Positions 11,531 through 24,000 of a stretch of DNA of 64,000 bases are shown here, piece after piece. Within the stretch, counting starts at the first letter, position 1; each line of letters opens with the position of its first letter. Source of the stretch: Camelus ferus (Eukaryota). The stretch lies in the NCBI RefSeq assembly GCF_009834535.1, contig NC_045697.1:16060001-16124000 (forward strand), in the 5' to 3' direction. The notes beneath the pieces were generated by a model that saw only the letters and a program-made list of their open reading frames with translations, made no database searches and was not told the origin of the DNA. The translations under genes and the position numbers were made by a program.

Positions 11531-12090
11531 GATTTGCGGTCATCAGAGGTGGAGGATATGGGGGCGGGGGGACTGAAGGAAGTCAGTCAAAAGGTACAAA
11601 CTTCCAGTTATAAGATAAATATGTACTAGGGATGCAATGTACAACATGAATACAACCAACACTGCTGTGCATTATATATAAAAATTGTTAAGAGAGTGAA
11701 CTCTAAAAAGAGGTTTCTTTTGTATAGCACAAGGAACTATGTTCAATATCTTGTAATAACCTTTAATGAAAAAATATGAAAATGAATATATGTATGTATA
11801 TGCATGACTGGGACATTGTGCTGTACACCAGAAATTGACACATTATAATCAGCTGTACTTCAATTAAAAATAAGTAATAAAAAAGAGAGTAAACTCTAAG
11901 AGTTTTCATCACAATTTTTTTTTCCTCTTTTTTTTCAATGTTGTATCTATATGAGATCATAGATGTTCACTAAACCTATTGTGGTCATCATTCCATGCTG
12001 TGTATAAGTCAAATCATTACACTGTACACCTTAAACGTATACAGTGCTGTATGTCAATATGTTTCAACAAAACTAGAAGAAAAAGATCAA
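11524..12090 (+). mobile_element. L1 3' UTR (L1MA9-like), interrupted by a younger L1
   Basis: 'aaggtacaaacttccagttataagataaat...actgtacaccttaaac...tgtatgtcaatat' followed by an A-rich tail. Confidence 0.85.
11707..11882 (+). mobile_element. Younger camelid-type L1 3' end with 17-bp TSD
   Basis: 'tgtatagcacaaggaactatgttcaatatcttgtaataacc...'; flanked by aagagagtgaactctaa (11690-11706) and aagagagtaaactctaa (11883-11899). Confidence 0.9.
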
Positions 12091-12109
12091 AAAAATTCTT
12101 ACTCTCTCT

Positions 12110-12187
12110 TTTTAAAAAAAAAGTTTATTTTTTAGGGGTAATTTTAGGCTTACAACAAAATTAAGAGGAAGGAACAGAGATATCCCT
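12110..12187 (-). mobile_element. L1MC/L1MD-like 3' terminal fragment
   Basis: 'ttttaggcttacaacaaaattaagaggaaggaacagagatatccc'. Confidence 0.5.
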
Positions 12188-12234
12188 CCAATTTTTGAAA
12201 TTGCTTAAATTTTTAATACCTTTCTAATGACTTC

Positions 12235-13445
12235 AGATTTTTATTATGAAATATAACACATGCAAAAATTACCTAAAAGTGAATTGATAGCTTAATAAAT
12301 TATTATAAAGAAATTCTCATGAAAACCACCAAGCTCAAGAAATTAGATATTGCCATCATCTCAAAAGCCCTTCAAGTGTATCTTTCCAATTACTATCCCG
12401 GTGTCTTCTCCTAGGTAATCACTATCGATTTTTTAAAATATTAATCTCTTTGTGATATATACTGCACACCCATTGTACATATCTTAGTGTTTTGGTTTAG
12501 TCTTGTTTATGAACTTTGTATAAATAGAATGATATAAACTTTGTGCCCGTGTATTCTTTGTATCTGGTTTCTTTCACTCATATTATGGTTGGGATGCCAC
12601 TTACCTCTATGCTGTGTGTAGTAGTGGTTTGTTCATTTCCATTGCTCCACACTGCACTCATCACAGCTTATTTGAGCATTTGCTTTGCTTTTTAATTTTT
12701 TTTTTTGCACAGTGCTGTTGTGGACATTCTTGTCCCTTGATTTTTATGTGTGTTGCAGTTCAGGAGGATATATAAATGAAAGTGAAATTAGGGATGCATC
12801 TTTTCAACTTTAATTAGTAATGTCACATTACTTACCAAAGTGTCAATTTACATTCTCACCATCTGTACATGAGAGTTCCAGTTGTTCCAAATTCTTGAAA
12901 ATATTTAGTAATTTTAGCCTTTAAGTTTTCATTATACAGTATGCCTAAAGCTACAATCCATGTGCCTTTAATTTACATTTCTGTTATGACTAATAAGGAT
13001 GAACACCTTTTCATATGGCTACTGACTCTTTGGATAGCCTTTTCCATGAAATATCTATTCAAGTCTCGAATACATTTTTTTTTTCTATTTGGTTGCTGTT
13101 ATTGATTTGTGGAAGTTCTTTACATATTCTGGATATTAGTTCTATGTCAGTTATATATGCTGAAATATCTTTTCCCAATTCAAATGTCTTTTTGTTTTAT
13201 TAATAGTGACTTTGATGAAAAAAATATAGTCAAATTTATTATTTCTTTTGTAAATAGAGTTCTTATATCTTATTAAAAATTTCCCAACTTGAAGTCATAA
13301 CATTATTATGTTATTATATACTGTCTTCTAAAAGTATTATTTATTTTTCATTGCATATTGAGATATTTATTCAAAAATTATTTTTGCTTATGATGTAAGG
13401 CATGAGTTAGTCTTAATGTTTTTCCCAAGGGGACATCCAGTTATC
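12235..13445 (-). mobile_element. Old L1 (L1ME-like) 3' region
   Basis: T-rich reversed L1 text such as 'tctggtttctttcactcatattatg', 'atgagagttccagttgttcca' and 'gttctttacatattctggatattagt'. Confidence 0.8.
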
Positions 13446-13454
13446 TTTCTCTTA

Positions 13455-13778
13455 CACATCCATTTGGCTAACTTTCTCACTTGCTTCAAGTCTCTGTTCT
13501 CTTGTCATCTTTTCAATAAAACCTACCCTGACCACTTGAAACTGCAACCTCCACTCCCTCCCCAGATACAACTCTAGTGTGTAGCACTTTATTCCCTTAT
13601 GATAAGCCACACAAATTACTGTCCATTGTCTGTCCCTCCACTAGAAAGTATACTCCATGAAGGCAGAAATCTTTGTCTCTCCTGTTTGCTGGTGTTTCCC
13701 AAGTACTTAGATGGTGCCTGGCACAGAGTAGCTCCATAATCAGTATTTCTTGAATTAGATGAATGAGTAAATGAATGT
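13455..13778 (+). mobile_element. L2a 3' end
   Basis: 'ctccatgaaggcagaaatctttgtct...ggtgcctggcacagagtag...atgaatgagtaaatgaatg'. Confidence 0.85.
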
Positions 13779-14024
13779 ACAAAAATAAATGGCAGAAAAC
13801 ACTTTATTCAATTTAGCATATACGCTAGTTCAACCCACTGTATGACTCATTGTGTTGCTGGTATTCAATCTGTGAAATTTGGAAATACAATGCATGTGTG
13901 CTCTTTTGGAAACAGCTTTTGAAATAATTAAAACATTTAAAAATAAATATCAATTAAATAGTATTTAGAAGTATTTCAGAAATCCTAAAGTTGCCCTGTG
14001 GACATCTAGATTTCTGTGGAATGT

Positions 14025-14130
14025 CCATTCATTCAACAAATATTTATAGAGCACTGCTAGGTGCTAAGTGCCATGTTAAGCTCTGGGGAACAAGACTGAT
14101 GGAGTCCTTGTTTCAAGGAAATTGCAGTTA
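14025..14130 (-). mobile_element. L2 3' end
   Basis: 'cattcattcaacaaatatttatagagcactgctaggtgc'. Confidence 0.7.
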
Positions 14131-14482
14131 ACTGCGAACACAGCTTAAAACCACGCAACTAAGGGATTTCAGTTTAACTCCATCCTTTAGGATTCTGGTT
14201 AGATGACTCCAAGAATGTAAAGTTACTTTCAAAGCAGGCTGGACGGAATCATCAAGAAAAGCTCTTTGAGTCATGGACTGAGGCCCTTGACCAGATCAGA
14301 ATCTCTCAAGAACTTGGTCTAGTGTCTGGGTCAGTCCATTAGCTCTATGGCTTTAAGTAAGTGCTCTGAGGGTGGATTTCACAGGACTTAACATTTTCTT
14401 GGGTAATAGGGCAATAGAAGGATCCTGCACTTAGGAGTCAGAGATTTGTTCTGAGTCTCAGCTCAACTAATTGTTGCATTTT

Positions 14483-14730
14483 TCATTCATTCACTAAATA
14501 TATATCGAGCACCTACTACATGCCAGGCTCCATTCTGTGTACCTTTCATGCACTAGCTCACTGCATCTTGCATCTTTTCATGATGAGTTAGGTATGGTTA
14601 TCCTCATCAGGAAGAAACTGTGACTCAGAGGTGTTAGAAAGCTGCCTAAAGCTGTGAAATGTTAAAATGGCAGAGCTGGTCTTCATTCCTGGGCAGTCAG
14701 ACCAGAGATGAAAATCTTGATCTCTCATCC
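14483..14730 (-). mobile_element. MIR SINE
   Basis: 'gagcacctactacatgccagg...gaagaaactgtgactcagaggtgtta...ctgcctaaag...aaatggcagagctgg'. Confidence 0.75.
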
Positions 14731-14749
14731 ACACAACAACTCATTAACG

Positions 14750-14880
14750 GATTGATTCATTTATTTATTTAGCAGCTACTTACTGAGTGCCTGCACATTC
14801 CAGATATGATGTTAAGAGCTAAGATACAGGGGTGAACATCAAAAAGGCTATTCCCATCTTTCAAGTGTTGACAGCAAGTG
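14750..14880 (-). mobile_element. L2 3' end
   Basis: 'ttcatttatttatttagcagctacttactgagtgcctgc...gatacaggggtgaaca'. Confidence 0.6.
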
Positions 14881-15429
14881 ATTACTCATACACAATGTGG
14901 TTATAATTATACTTGAACTTTCTTCATCACAGAATCATTTTAATCCCCCCAAAACAAATGGGTTGGAAAGCATTTTGTAAACCACAAAGTTTTCTCCTGT
15001 CAGGAATTTGTTATTATTATTATTATTTATTCCAAGGTCAATGATTAAATAACACATTAAAAATATTTTCTTCTTACAATTTGGCATCCATTCTATTATT
15101 CTTCTTTGCTTTCTTTCTCTCTCTTTTATCCAAGAAAGGTAAAAAAATGTCATTTACAAGGTGACATGCTTCAACCAAGCCCAAGTTGTGGAAATTTGAA
15201 TTTCTAAAATGTACTTCAGAAAGCAATTTAAACAGTAGCTCTCTTAGTTCATTTAAAATACCATTTATGTACAAAAGTATTGGATTTGTACAAACATTTT
15301 CAAGAATGTATATGTTTGCTCTAACTGGTAGATTGCTTCTATTGGAGCCATTTTAAAAAGATGAAATGGCAGACAAAAAACACTTTGTCTAACACAAAAA
15401 AGTCTGGCAGCTCTATTCAGAGTTTTGAT

Positions 15430-15620
15430 TCCTTGATTAGGAATCTGGAATCCTTGGAGTCTGGAGCTGATGGCAAGACTTATTAGCTGTACGACCTTGG
15501 GTGAATCACTCAACTTTCTGATGCTTAGTTTCCTTATCTGCAAAATAGGAATAATCATCATAAACTGCTTCTCAGGGTTCTTGTGAGGCTCAAGTGAGTC
15601 AATGAAAGTAAACTGTTCTT
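15430..15620 (+). mobile_element. MIR SINE
   Basis: 'tattagctgtacgaccttgggtgaatcactcaactttctgatgcttagtttccttatctgcaaaatagga'. Confidence 0.85.
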
Positions 15621-15781
15621 AGCTGAGTTCAGCGTCTAACAAGTTGTTACTTTTATTTCTGCTAAAAGAGAAATCTTTAGTCTTTTAAAAAACAAAAAAT
15701 CGTTGTTAGATTTAGAAAAAACTTGCTGTTGTCAATTCCTTTTAGAGTTTTGATTGTTAAATATCATTTATGTTGATGGAT

Positions 15782-15866
15782 TGAGAGAGGGAAGGGGAGA
15801 GGAAACAGAGAGAAAGAGAGACAAACAGAGAGACAGAGAGAGTGAGAGAAAGAGAGAGAAGAGAAA
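15782..15866. repeat. GA-rich low-complexity tract
   Basis: Degenerate (GA)n/(GACA)n. Confidence 0.8.
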
Positions 15867-17154
15867 ATAGCTTACATGTGATTATCCAAAGCTGAAAAGC
15901 CAAGCATAAGTCAGACAGCAGTGATGAATGCAATGCCCAGTTTTGAATGGAAGCTTAAAACGTAAGTCAATATCTGGACACATTTGTTAAATTGTCTTCA
16001 GCATTTCCATGTAGATCCTATTATTTCTGCAAATTCCTTCATAGTATTGCACTTTTTGTCATGATGAACACAACCTCTCTTATCTCAGAAGTGGGGTTTT
16101 CCAGCTGTTGGACGGAGGAAGCTCTATTCTTAGGAGTTTCACATGGAAGCAGTGATAAGAGAGACAACATGGCTGTATTTTAACTAGCTACCCGGATGAA
16201 ACGTTTCCATTGTCAGGTGATGTAACACCAATTGTTACTGTTAATCAAAGAAAATCTAATAGCTTAATGAAATCATTGGTATTAGATGCTCCTGGTCCTC
16301 CAGGAATTTGCTGACCACATTATAGGATTTTGATTTCATGTATTAGAGTAATTATCCTGTAGGCCTCAGCAAATATATTTATCATTCCTTTTTTGTTTTG
16401 TGTTGTATTAAACGGATCCTCAGTTTCTATTTCATGTGCTGTATGTAGCCACTATGTAGGTGAGGGAAACCCCATGTTTTAAGCTGTCCACTGATGTAAA
16501 CCTTTGGCAAAACTCTATGGTCATATTGTTTCTTCCATTCTTCTATCTTGAGGGGACAACAGATATATTTGTTTCCTGATAGTCAGCTATTCCTGAGAAT
16601 TCTTGAGCAAGTCACCTTCCATTTCAAATGTTAATTGTATAAAATTTTGATTATTGGCTGATCACTGTATGAGTTCTTTTGTTTTTCAGCATCTCATAAA
16701 CCACTCCTAGGATAGTTCTTATAACCTTAAAATGTAAACTGCTTACAAATGAGCCAGAAACCATTCATTAGTCAAACTATAGGAGGTTTTCAATTTTTGC
16801 TGTAGGAATCAAAGATCTTAAGACGTAATCTTAATTTAACATAATTTTAAATAATAATTCTAATAACACCATACACAATTTTTAATTCCAGGAAATGTTA
16901 GGCAGCTGACTAACTTCATAGCTATTTCTTGAACTACACAATTTAGCCTTTGTTAAAAGGCTATCATGTATTGGTCTCTAAGTTAATTAATGATGCATTT
17001 TTGAGTGTCAACTATATGGAAAGGAACTTGTTTTCTTCATTTGTTCTTATTATCTTTCTAGTAAGAGTGCAAGTTTTTTTGTTAATCAGGAAGATATCAT
17101 TTATTTTTATTTCCCTCCTTCTAAAAACTACATGCTTATTAAATACCTGATAGT

Positions 17155-17686
17155 TGTATTAGTTATTTATTGCTGTGTGACAGCAGACCTCAAAATTAAG
17201 TAAATTAAAAAAGCTATGATTGTTTATTATGTCTGCAGGTCAGGAATTCAGGAATGGTGTGGCTAGTGGCCCTGACTCAGATTTCTCACAAGGTTGCAGT
17301 CCAAAGTATGATGGGTCCCAGTCTTCTGCAGGTTTGACTGGGACCAAAGAATTGGCTTTCAAAGTGGCATACTCTGTGACTGGCATGTTGGCACTGGCTG
17401 TTGGTGGTAGATCTCAGTTCATATTTTTTCCTCTCCATGTGAGGCACTCATGGGGATGTTTAAGTATCTTTGTGGCTTGATGACTATCTTCCCCCAGAGG
17501 GAGAGATCCAGGAGACTAAGTTGGAAGCTTTAATGCTTTTTTATGACCTAACCTTAGAAATTACACACTATCATTTCTGCTACTGGTCATAGCCTGTTCT
17601 CATCCATTGTTGGAAAAGGCTATTTAATGGTACAAGTACCAGGAAGTAAGGCTCATTAGGTGCCCCTTGAAGGCTAGCTACCACAC
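17155..17686 (-). mobile_element. MaLR solo LTR (MLT1F/G-like)
   Basis: TG...CA ends 'tgtattagttatttattgctgtgtgaca' and 'ggctagctaccaca'; internal 'ggtcaggaattcagga' and 'ttttatgacctaaccttagaa'. Confidence 0.85.
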
Positions 17687-17807
17687 TGATTACTTTAGTT
17701 GTCTCAAGGACTCAAATGTCAGATGCCAATATTTGTACTTGTTAACTCTTACTGAACATCCATTATCATAAAACATTGATTCAGATGAAGACATCAGAAA
17801 CATTAGT

Positions 17808-17972
17808 ATTTTTATTGAGATATAATTGATGTATAATACTGTGTAAGTTTAAGATGTACAAAGCATTGATTCAATACATTATATTGTGATGTTTACCACC
17901 ATAGTGTTAGGTAACACTTCTATCTCATTATGTAATTAACATTTCTTTTTTTGTGATGAGAACAATTTTAAG
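17808..17972 (-). mobile_element. L1 3' terminal fragment
   Basis: 'tttttattgagatataattgatgtataatactgtgtaagtttaag...tgtgatgagaaca'. Confidence 0.8.
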
Positions 17973-17984
17973 GCTTTACAACAC

Positions 17985-18393
17985 TCAGTCACTTAGTTTG
18001 CTATCTTTAAAAGAAGATTCAACCTATATTGGCTTAAACAAAGTGGAATTTCTGGCTTACATAAAGGTTAAGACTAGGAATATGGTGGACTTAATCTAGG
18101 TACTCAACAATGCCATCAAGGACTTTCTTTTTTTTTTTTTGTCCCCGTGTTGTGCCCTTATCCTAATATTGACTACTTACATAGTGGCAGAATGGCTGCC
18201 AAATTCTCCTAGGAGTTTCATTTATATCTACAGTCATTAGCTGAACAATAGTTTTCTGATTGGACCATCACTATGGCAAAGGGGAAGGGATTATTTTCAA
18301 TGCATCCATCTTTTAAGGCCCACCCCAAAAATAAAGCTGCATGCTGAGAAAAGTATGAAAACCACGTAGGGAGGAACCATGATGTCTGCTACA
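17985..18393 (-). mobile_element. Old MaLR LTR (MLT1J/K/L-like)
   Basis: 'tggcttaaacaaagtggaattt', 'ctcaacaatgccatcaagg', 'gcagaatggctgcc'; ends 'atgtctgctaca'. Confidence 0.55.
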
Positions 18394-18774
18394 GGGACAA
18401 ATATTTATGTTTATTATAATTAGTAACTCTGACTTGATCTAACCAGATGCATGCACTCAACAAAAATGGGAATAACTTATATTGCTCTTCTCATCTTTCT
18501 AAAAAAAAAAAGGCAAGATTTTCAAATCCTAGATATCTCTTCTAAATACTTCGTGAAGAGTATATTTTTCTGTTGAATCACTTTATAAAATGTATAGATA
18601 ATTTTACACTTGCAATGTTAATATCTCACTTTCAAAGGAAGTCATTACTTAAATAAGTTTTCAATTAATTGAGGTTTACATATTTGGGCAGAGATGATTT
18701 TGGTCACTTGACAATAAACAAGAAAAATGAGTCTGCAAATAGAGAGATTCAATATTTTTCCATACTAATAATTA

Positions 18775-18920
18775 GTTAATTCACTTGTCTTTCTCCTTTA
18801 ACAGACTGTAAGCTCCCTGAAGTTCTGTACTCTGCTTTTCCTTTCTTTTTCCCCAGGATCTGCTGTGTGCCTAAAACACAGGAGAAAATCAGCAAATAAT
18901 TGCAAAGTAGATGGATGAAA
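18775..18920 (+). mobile_element. L2 3' end
   Basis: 'cttgtctttctcc...agactgtaagctccctgaag'. Confidence 0.6.
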
Positions 18921-19144
18921 TTAGTTATTATCATTAATACTATTATAGTACCTAATCCAGTGTGTGATACCTATAGTCAATAAACAGTCTCTGTCTCCTT
19001 AGAGGGTTCCATACACACCACATTAAAGACTAGCAGTCACAATCGCAAACCATCACTTCCCAGTTTTTTCATTTCCCGAGACTTAAGGAATCTCTGTAAA
19101 CAGCTTGAAGATTTCTCTAATTCTAAATCTGAATCGTCAGAATA

Positions 19145-19360
19145 AAGCAGACCTGAGTTCAAATCTGTACTTTGCTACTTAGAATCTGCATGACCTTTGA
19201 CAAAACTGATAAACTCTCTAACTTGCAGTTTTCTCTATCACAAAATAATTGTGGTCCCTACCTCATGGGCATGTCAAAGGGTTATTGGGATAATGCACAA
19301 AACTCTCCGAGAACGCTTCCTCACATATGGTAAACTTCGTACGTACCAGTTATCAGTATT
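19145..19360 (+). mobile_element. MIR SINE
   Basis: 'cagacctgagttcaaatctgtactttgctactta...tgacctttgacaaa'. Confidence 0.8.
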
Positions 19361-19519
19361 CTTCACCCATGGGGTCTTGCCACCATTTCACATGGTAAAC
19401 ATGCAGATTTCATAATCAAGGTTCAACATTATTTGAAACTGATTTGTGTTGTGAAATTTCTTGGCATTATCAAGTTTTCACTAGTGGGGGATTGGAAACT
19501 ATAGAACAGATGAGTGGTA

Positions 19520-20240
19520 TTTAATATAGAATATTAGTAGAGAACAAGGATTTTGAATTCAAATAGTTCTGGTTTGGTTTTTATTGCTGCCACTTCCTAG
19601 CTGTGTGAACTTTAGCAACTTAATTTGTCTCTTATGTCAGTTATCTATTGCTGCATAACAAGTCATCACAAACTCAGTGGCTTAAAAAAAACATACATTT
19701 ATTATTTCACAGTTTCTGTGGATCAGGGATCTGGGTACCTTTTAAGTGTGTTCTCTGCTTAGTGCCACACAAGATTTCAGATAAGGTTAAAATCAGGATT
19801 AGGTTCTCATGACAGCCTTGACTGGGAAAGGATCTATGTCCAAATTCCTTCAGTTGTTGGCAGTGTTTCCTTGTGACTGTAGGATTCATGGCAACTTGCT
19901 TCTTCAAAGCCATCAACAGAGTGACTATGTTAGTAAGATGGAATCTTATACAATGTACTGTAATCGTGGGAGTGATTCATCACCTTTGACATATTCTAGG
20001 GGTTAAAAGCAAGTCACAGATCTCACCCACACTGAATAGGAGGTAATTGTACAGGCGTGGACCCCAGGAAGTAGGGAACATGAGGGCTACCTAAAACTCT
20101 GCCCCTCATGGTTTCTAAAGTTTCATTTCTTCTTCTGTGTAGTGGGTATAATAATGCCAACCATGTGCAATAATCCATATAAAGTGCTTAACGTTCTGCT
20201 TGGCACTTGATGGCAGATCATATAGCCATCTATTAGTTGC
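19520..20240 (+). mobile_element. MIR SINE split by an MLT1 LTR (halves ~19520-19634 and ~20110-20240)
   Basis: 5' half 'ctgccacttcctagctgtgtgaactttagcaact'; 3' half 'tttcttcttctgtgtagtgggtataataat...ataaagtgctta'. Confidence 0.65.
19627..20108 (-). mobile_element. MaLR solo LTR (MLT1D/E-like)
   Basis: 'tcagttatctattgctgcataacaa...cagtggcttaaaa...tttattatttcacagtttctgtggatcagg'. Confidence 0.85.
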
Positions 20241-21029
20241 TCATTTGCTGAAGGTAAAAATGAATAATTAGCCAGAGTGAGCTATTGAAAAATCAAGGCT
20301 ACTTGAATGTAATTTATCTTCATTCCCCTTGCTGCAAGCTCTTAGGTTTATGGTATTCCTCTTCCCATCCTGTAACACTTCTCAGCGCTGTTGATAGTTT
20401 TGAAGTCATGAACCCTTTTCTTTACACTTCAGCGGGACAAGCTTCAGTTTTATTTCTGGAGTCAGGTTTTCTGTGCTAAAAAATATTCTGATAAGTTAAT
20501 ATATGAAAATAGGCAAAGGCTAGGGAAAATTCTTCTGCCTTTTGTCCCTTCCTTCGCCTCTTCTCCCACAAATGGAAAACATATTTTAATCAGTGCCTTA
20601 TAATGAAAAAGCATTTTCCAGACAGAAGTGAACAATTCGCAAAGACCTCTAGCCCACTATGCAGATGAGGAAACCGAGGCTGAGCAGTCCTCTCTCTTAA
20701 CTCCGAATCCCGAGCTTATGCAACTATACTGCTCTAAAACACATTTGGACATCCTCAAATATGTGTGCCAAACTGAATTTTAACTCATGTCTATTGAAGG
20801 ATATGTCCCTACATTTACTGCAACTTTGAAAGAAATTAGTCTAATGGGAATTTTGGACCAAGGGGAAAAACCACCAGGAGGCTTCATAATACGCAGGTCA
20901 TGGATTCTTTAGAGACAAGCTTTTTTGGCAAATCTAAATCACACTGAGTAGGCAGAATCATTACATTGATTCTTAAACCCTTACTAGGGCTTATAATTCA
21001 TTCATAAGCATGAATAATCTACATTGACA

Positions 21030-24000
21030 TTTCTTTACTTAAAAACCATATTAAAAATATAATAGAGTACTAGATAAGACCATTACATCATAATCAACCA
21101 CAACCATAAAATTGGACAAAATATATGGATTTGAGGCTGTAAGCGACAGGCAGAACAATGATCCCTAAAAAGAGAAATTTGTAAGGGAGTCCTGTGATTT
21201 CTCTGGTTCTCTGCCTGTGACAGTTCCCCAACTGTGGTACAGGAGCTAGAATCCAATAAAATAAAATAATTCTTGCTGAGCTGAACCATTTTATTGATAT
21301 AATAAAAGTAATTAGAAATGCAAAGAAACAGGAAAATACAACTGAGATTTAAGTAAAAGAAAACAAACGAATATTAGAAACTGAAGTCCATTGTGCCCTG
21401 ATATTAGTGCTAGCAGACAAGTACTGTAAAACAACTAGTAAATATGTTATAAGAATTAAAATAAAATACATTCAAATAACTAATAGTAAATATGGTCTAA
21501 ATAATGAGTAGATAGGATATTTCAGCAGAGAAGGGAAACTATGAAAAAAACAAATTAAAATTCCACGCTGGAAAAATATAAATGAGGTGAAAAATTAACT
21601 GGACAGTCTCAATAGCAAATTGAATATGGCAGAACACAGAGTCAATAAATTTAAAGACAGATAAATAGAAATTGTACTATTGGAAACACGATTAAAAAAC
21701 TGAAGAAAATTAAAAGAAGTACAGGGTCCTGATGGACAATATTAACTGGTATCACTTACATGTAAAAGGAGTCCCAGAAGAAGACAGTGAGAATAGTATA
21801 GACAAAAATACTTAAATAGTGCCTTAAAGTATCCTCAATATGATGAAAAACCTCAACTTACAGACCACAGTTTTAGATCTGCAATGTGGATTAATACACG
21901 CAAAAAAGGAAAGACACAGAGGTACATCAGATCTGCTAAAATCCAAAGGTAAAGAAAAAATATTGAAATCAGCTGCAAAGAAAAGACTTATTACATTCAG
22001 GGGAACAGCTATACAAGCAACTGCTACCTTTTTCAAAGAAACAATGGATTCCAGAAGACCATGGATACCACACTAAAAATGTTAAAAACAAAAAGAAAAA
22101 CTCTCAATCTAGAATTAAATTCACAAAAATACACTTCAAAAATGAGGATGAAATAAAGACATTTTTGAATAAATAAATTTGAGATCATGCGTCTCCAGAA
22201 GACTGGCACTATAACAAATGTTAAAGGATGTGTTTCAAGATGAAAAAAAATGGTACCAGATGGAAAGCTGGATCCACAGGTAGGAAAGAAAGAACCAGGA
22301 ATGGAAACACTTTTATTTTCTTTCTCATAAGTTCCTTAAAAAACTAAAGGCTATTTAATGTAAAAATAATAATATTAAAAACAGGGTTAAATATATGTAG
22401 AAAAGAAATAAAGAAATAATGCTTTAAAATATGTTCTATGGTACAAGGAAAGGCAAATGGTTATTACATTTGTGAAGTGGAAATGATAAGTGTGAATTAT
22501 CAGGTGGAAAGTGTGAGGTAATACCATATTGGCTCTAAATAGACTTCGATAAGTTAAGGAAGGCTATTGTAAATTCTAGAGCTTTAATTAAAAATAAATG
22601 TGGCTAATCAACCAGTAGAGGACATTAAATAGAATAATAAAATATATCCAATTAATCTGAGAGAAAGTATGCAAGAGGAAAACAGAAACAAAGAACAAGT
22701 AAGACAAATAGAAAAAATAATAGCAAGTGTATAGACTTAGACTCAAACATATCTGTTACTACATTAAATACAAAGTGTTTAAGCATTCTGATTAAAGGCG
22801 AACATTTTCAGAAAAAAACAAAAAATGAGACTGCTATATTTTGTCTTTATGAAATGTACTCTAGATATAAAGATATTTGTAGGTTAAAAATGATAAGATA
22901 GAAAAACTATACTATGGATATACTAACCAAAAGCCCTCTATTGGATATATTCATATCAGACAATATAAACTTAAGGACAAGAAATATTATTAGAGATAAA
23001 GAGGGCCATTTTATAATGTAAAAGGGGTAATAATCCAATAAATTCAATAACTTAGGTGAAATGGACACATACTGTGAAAAATATGTTTTATCTAAACTGA
23101 CAAAAGATGAAGTAGAAAAATTTGAATAGCACTATATCTGAATACATAGTGAAAATATATTTCCAAGGAAAATTTTAGTTCTGTATGATTTCACTGGTAA
23201 AAGCTATGGAATATTTATGGAATAAATATCATTTTTACAAAAAAAATTTCACAAAATAGAGGTAGGTAGAATGCTTTTCAACAAATTTTATGAGGTAAGA
23301 ATAATTCTGATACCCAAACCTGACAAATATGTTATTAAAAAGAAGAGTATACATCAATATCACTTATGAACATAGACACGTCCTCAAGAAGTTATTATCA
23401 CATTGAAAACAGCAATGTATTAAAACAGGTTAACACATTATGGTAAAGTCATGTTTATTTCAGGAATGCAAGGTTGGTTTAAACATTAAAAAGAAAATCA
23501 ATCAATGTCATTTCCCAGATTAAGAGAAAAAAAGAGAAAAATCATAATCCTGTCTACAGATGTAGAAATAGCAGCTGACAAAATTCAACACCTATTCATA
23601 TTAAAATCACTCAGCCAACTGAAAATAGAAGAGAATTTCCTGAATTTCATAATGAACATTTATGAAATTAAAACTGATATAATGCTTAATGGTAAAAAGA
23701 GAGTAACATTCTCCCTAAAAATGAGAACAAGACAATAATGTCTGTTCTACTAAAGTCTATCCAATATAATACTGGAGGTCCTTGCAAGTATAACAAGGGG
23801 GAAAAAAAAAACAGGAGTGTAAATGTAACTGAAAAGATTGGAAGGGAAGATTTTAAATTGTATTTATTTATAGACTACATGAAAAAATGTACTAGGGAAT
23901 TTTAGGTAATCTATAAAAAGTCTTCTGCAATTGATAAGGGAATTTAGCAAAGTTTAAGACAAAAGATTTATAACAAAACCAATCACGTCTATTATACCTG

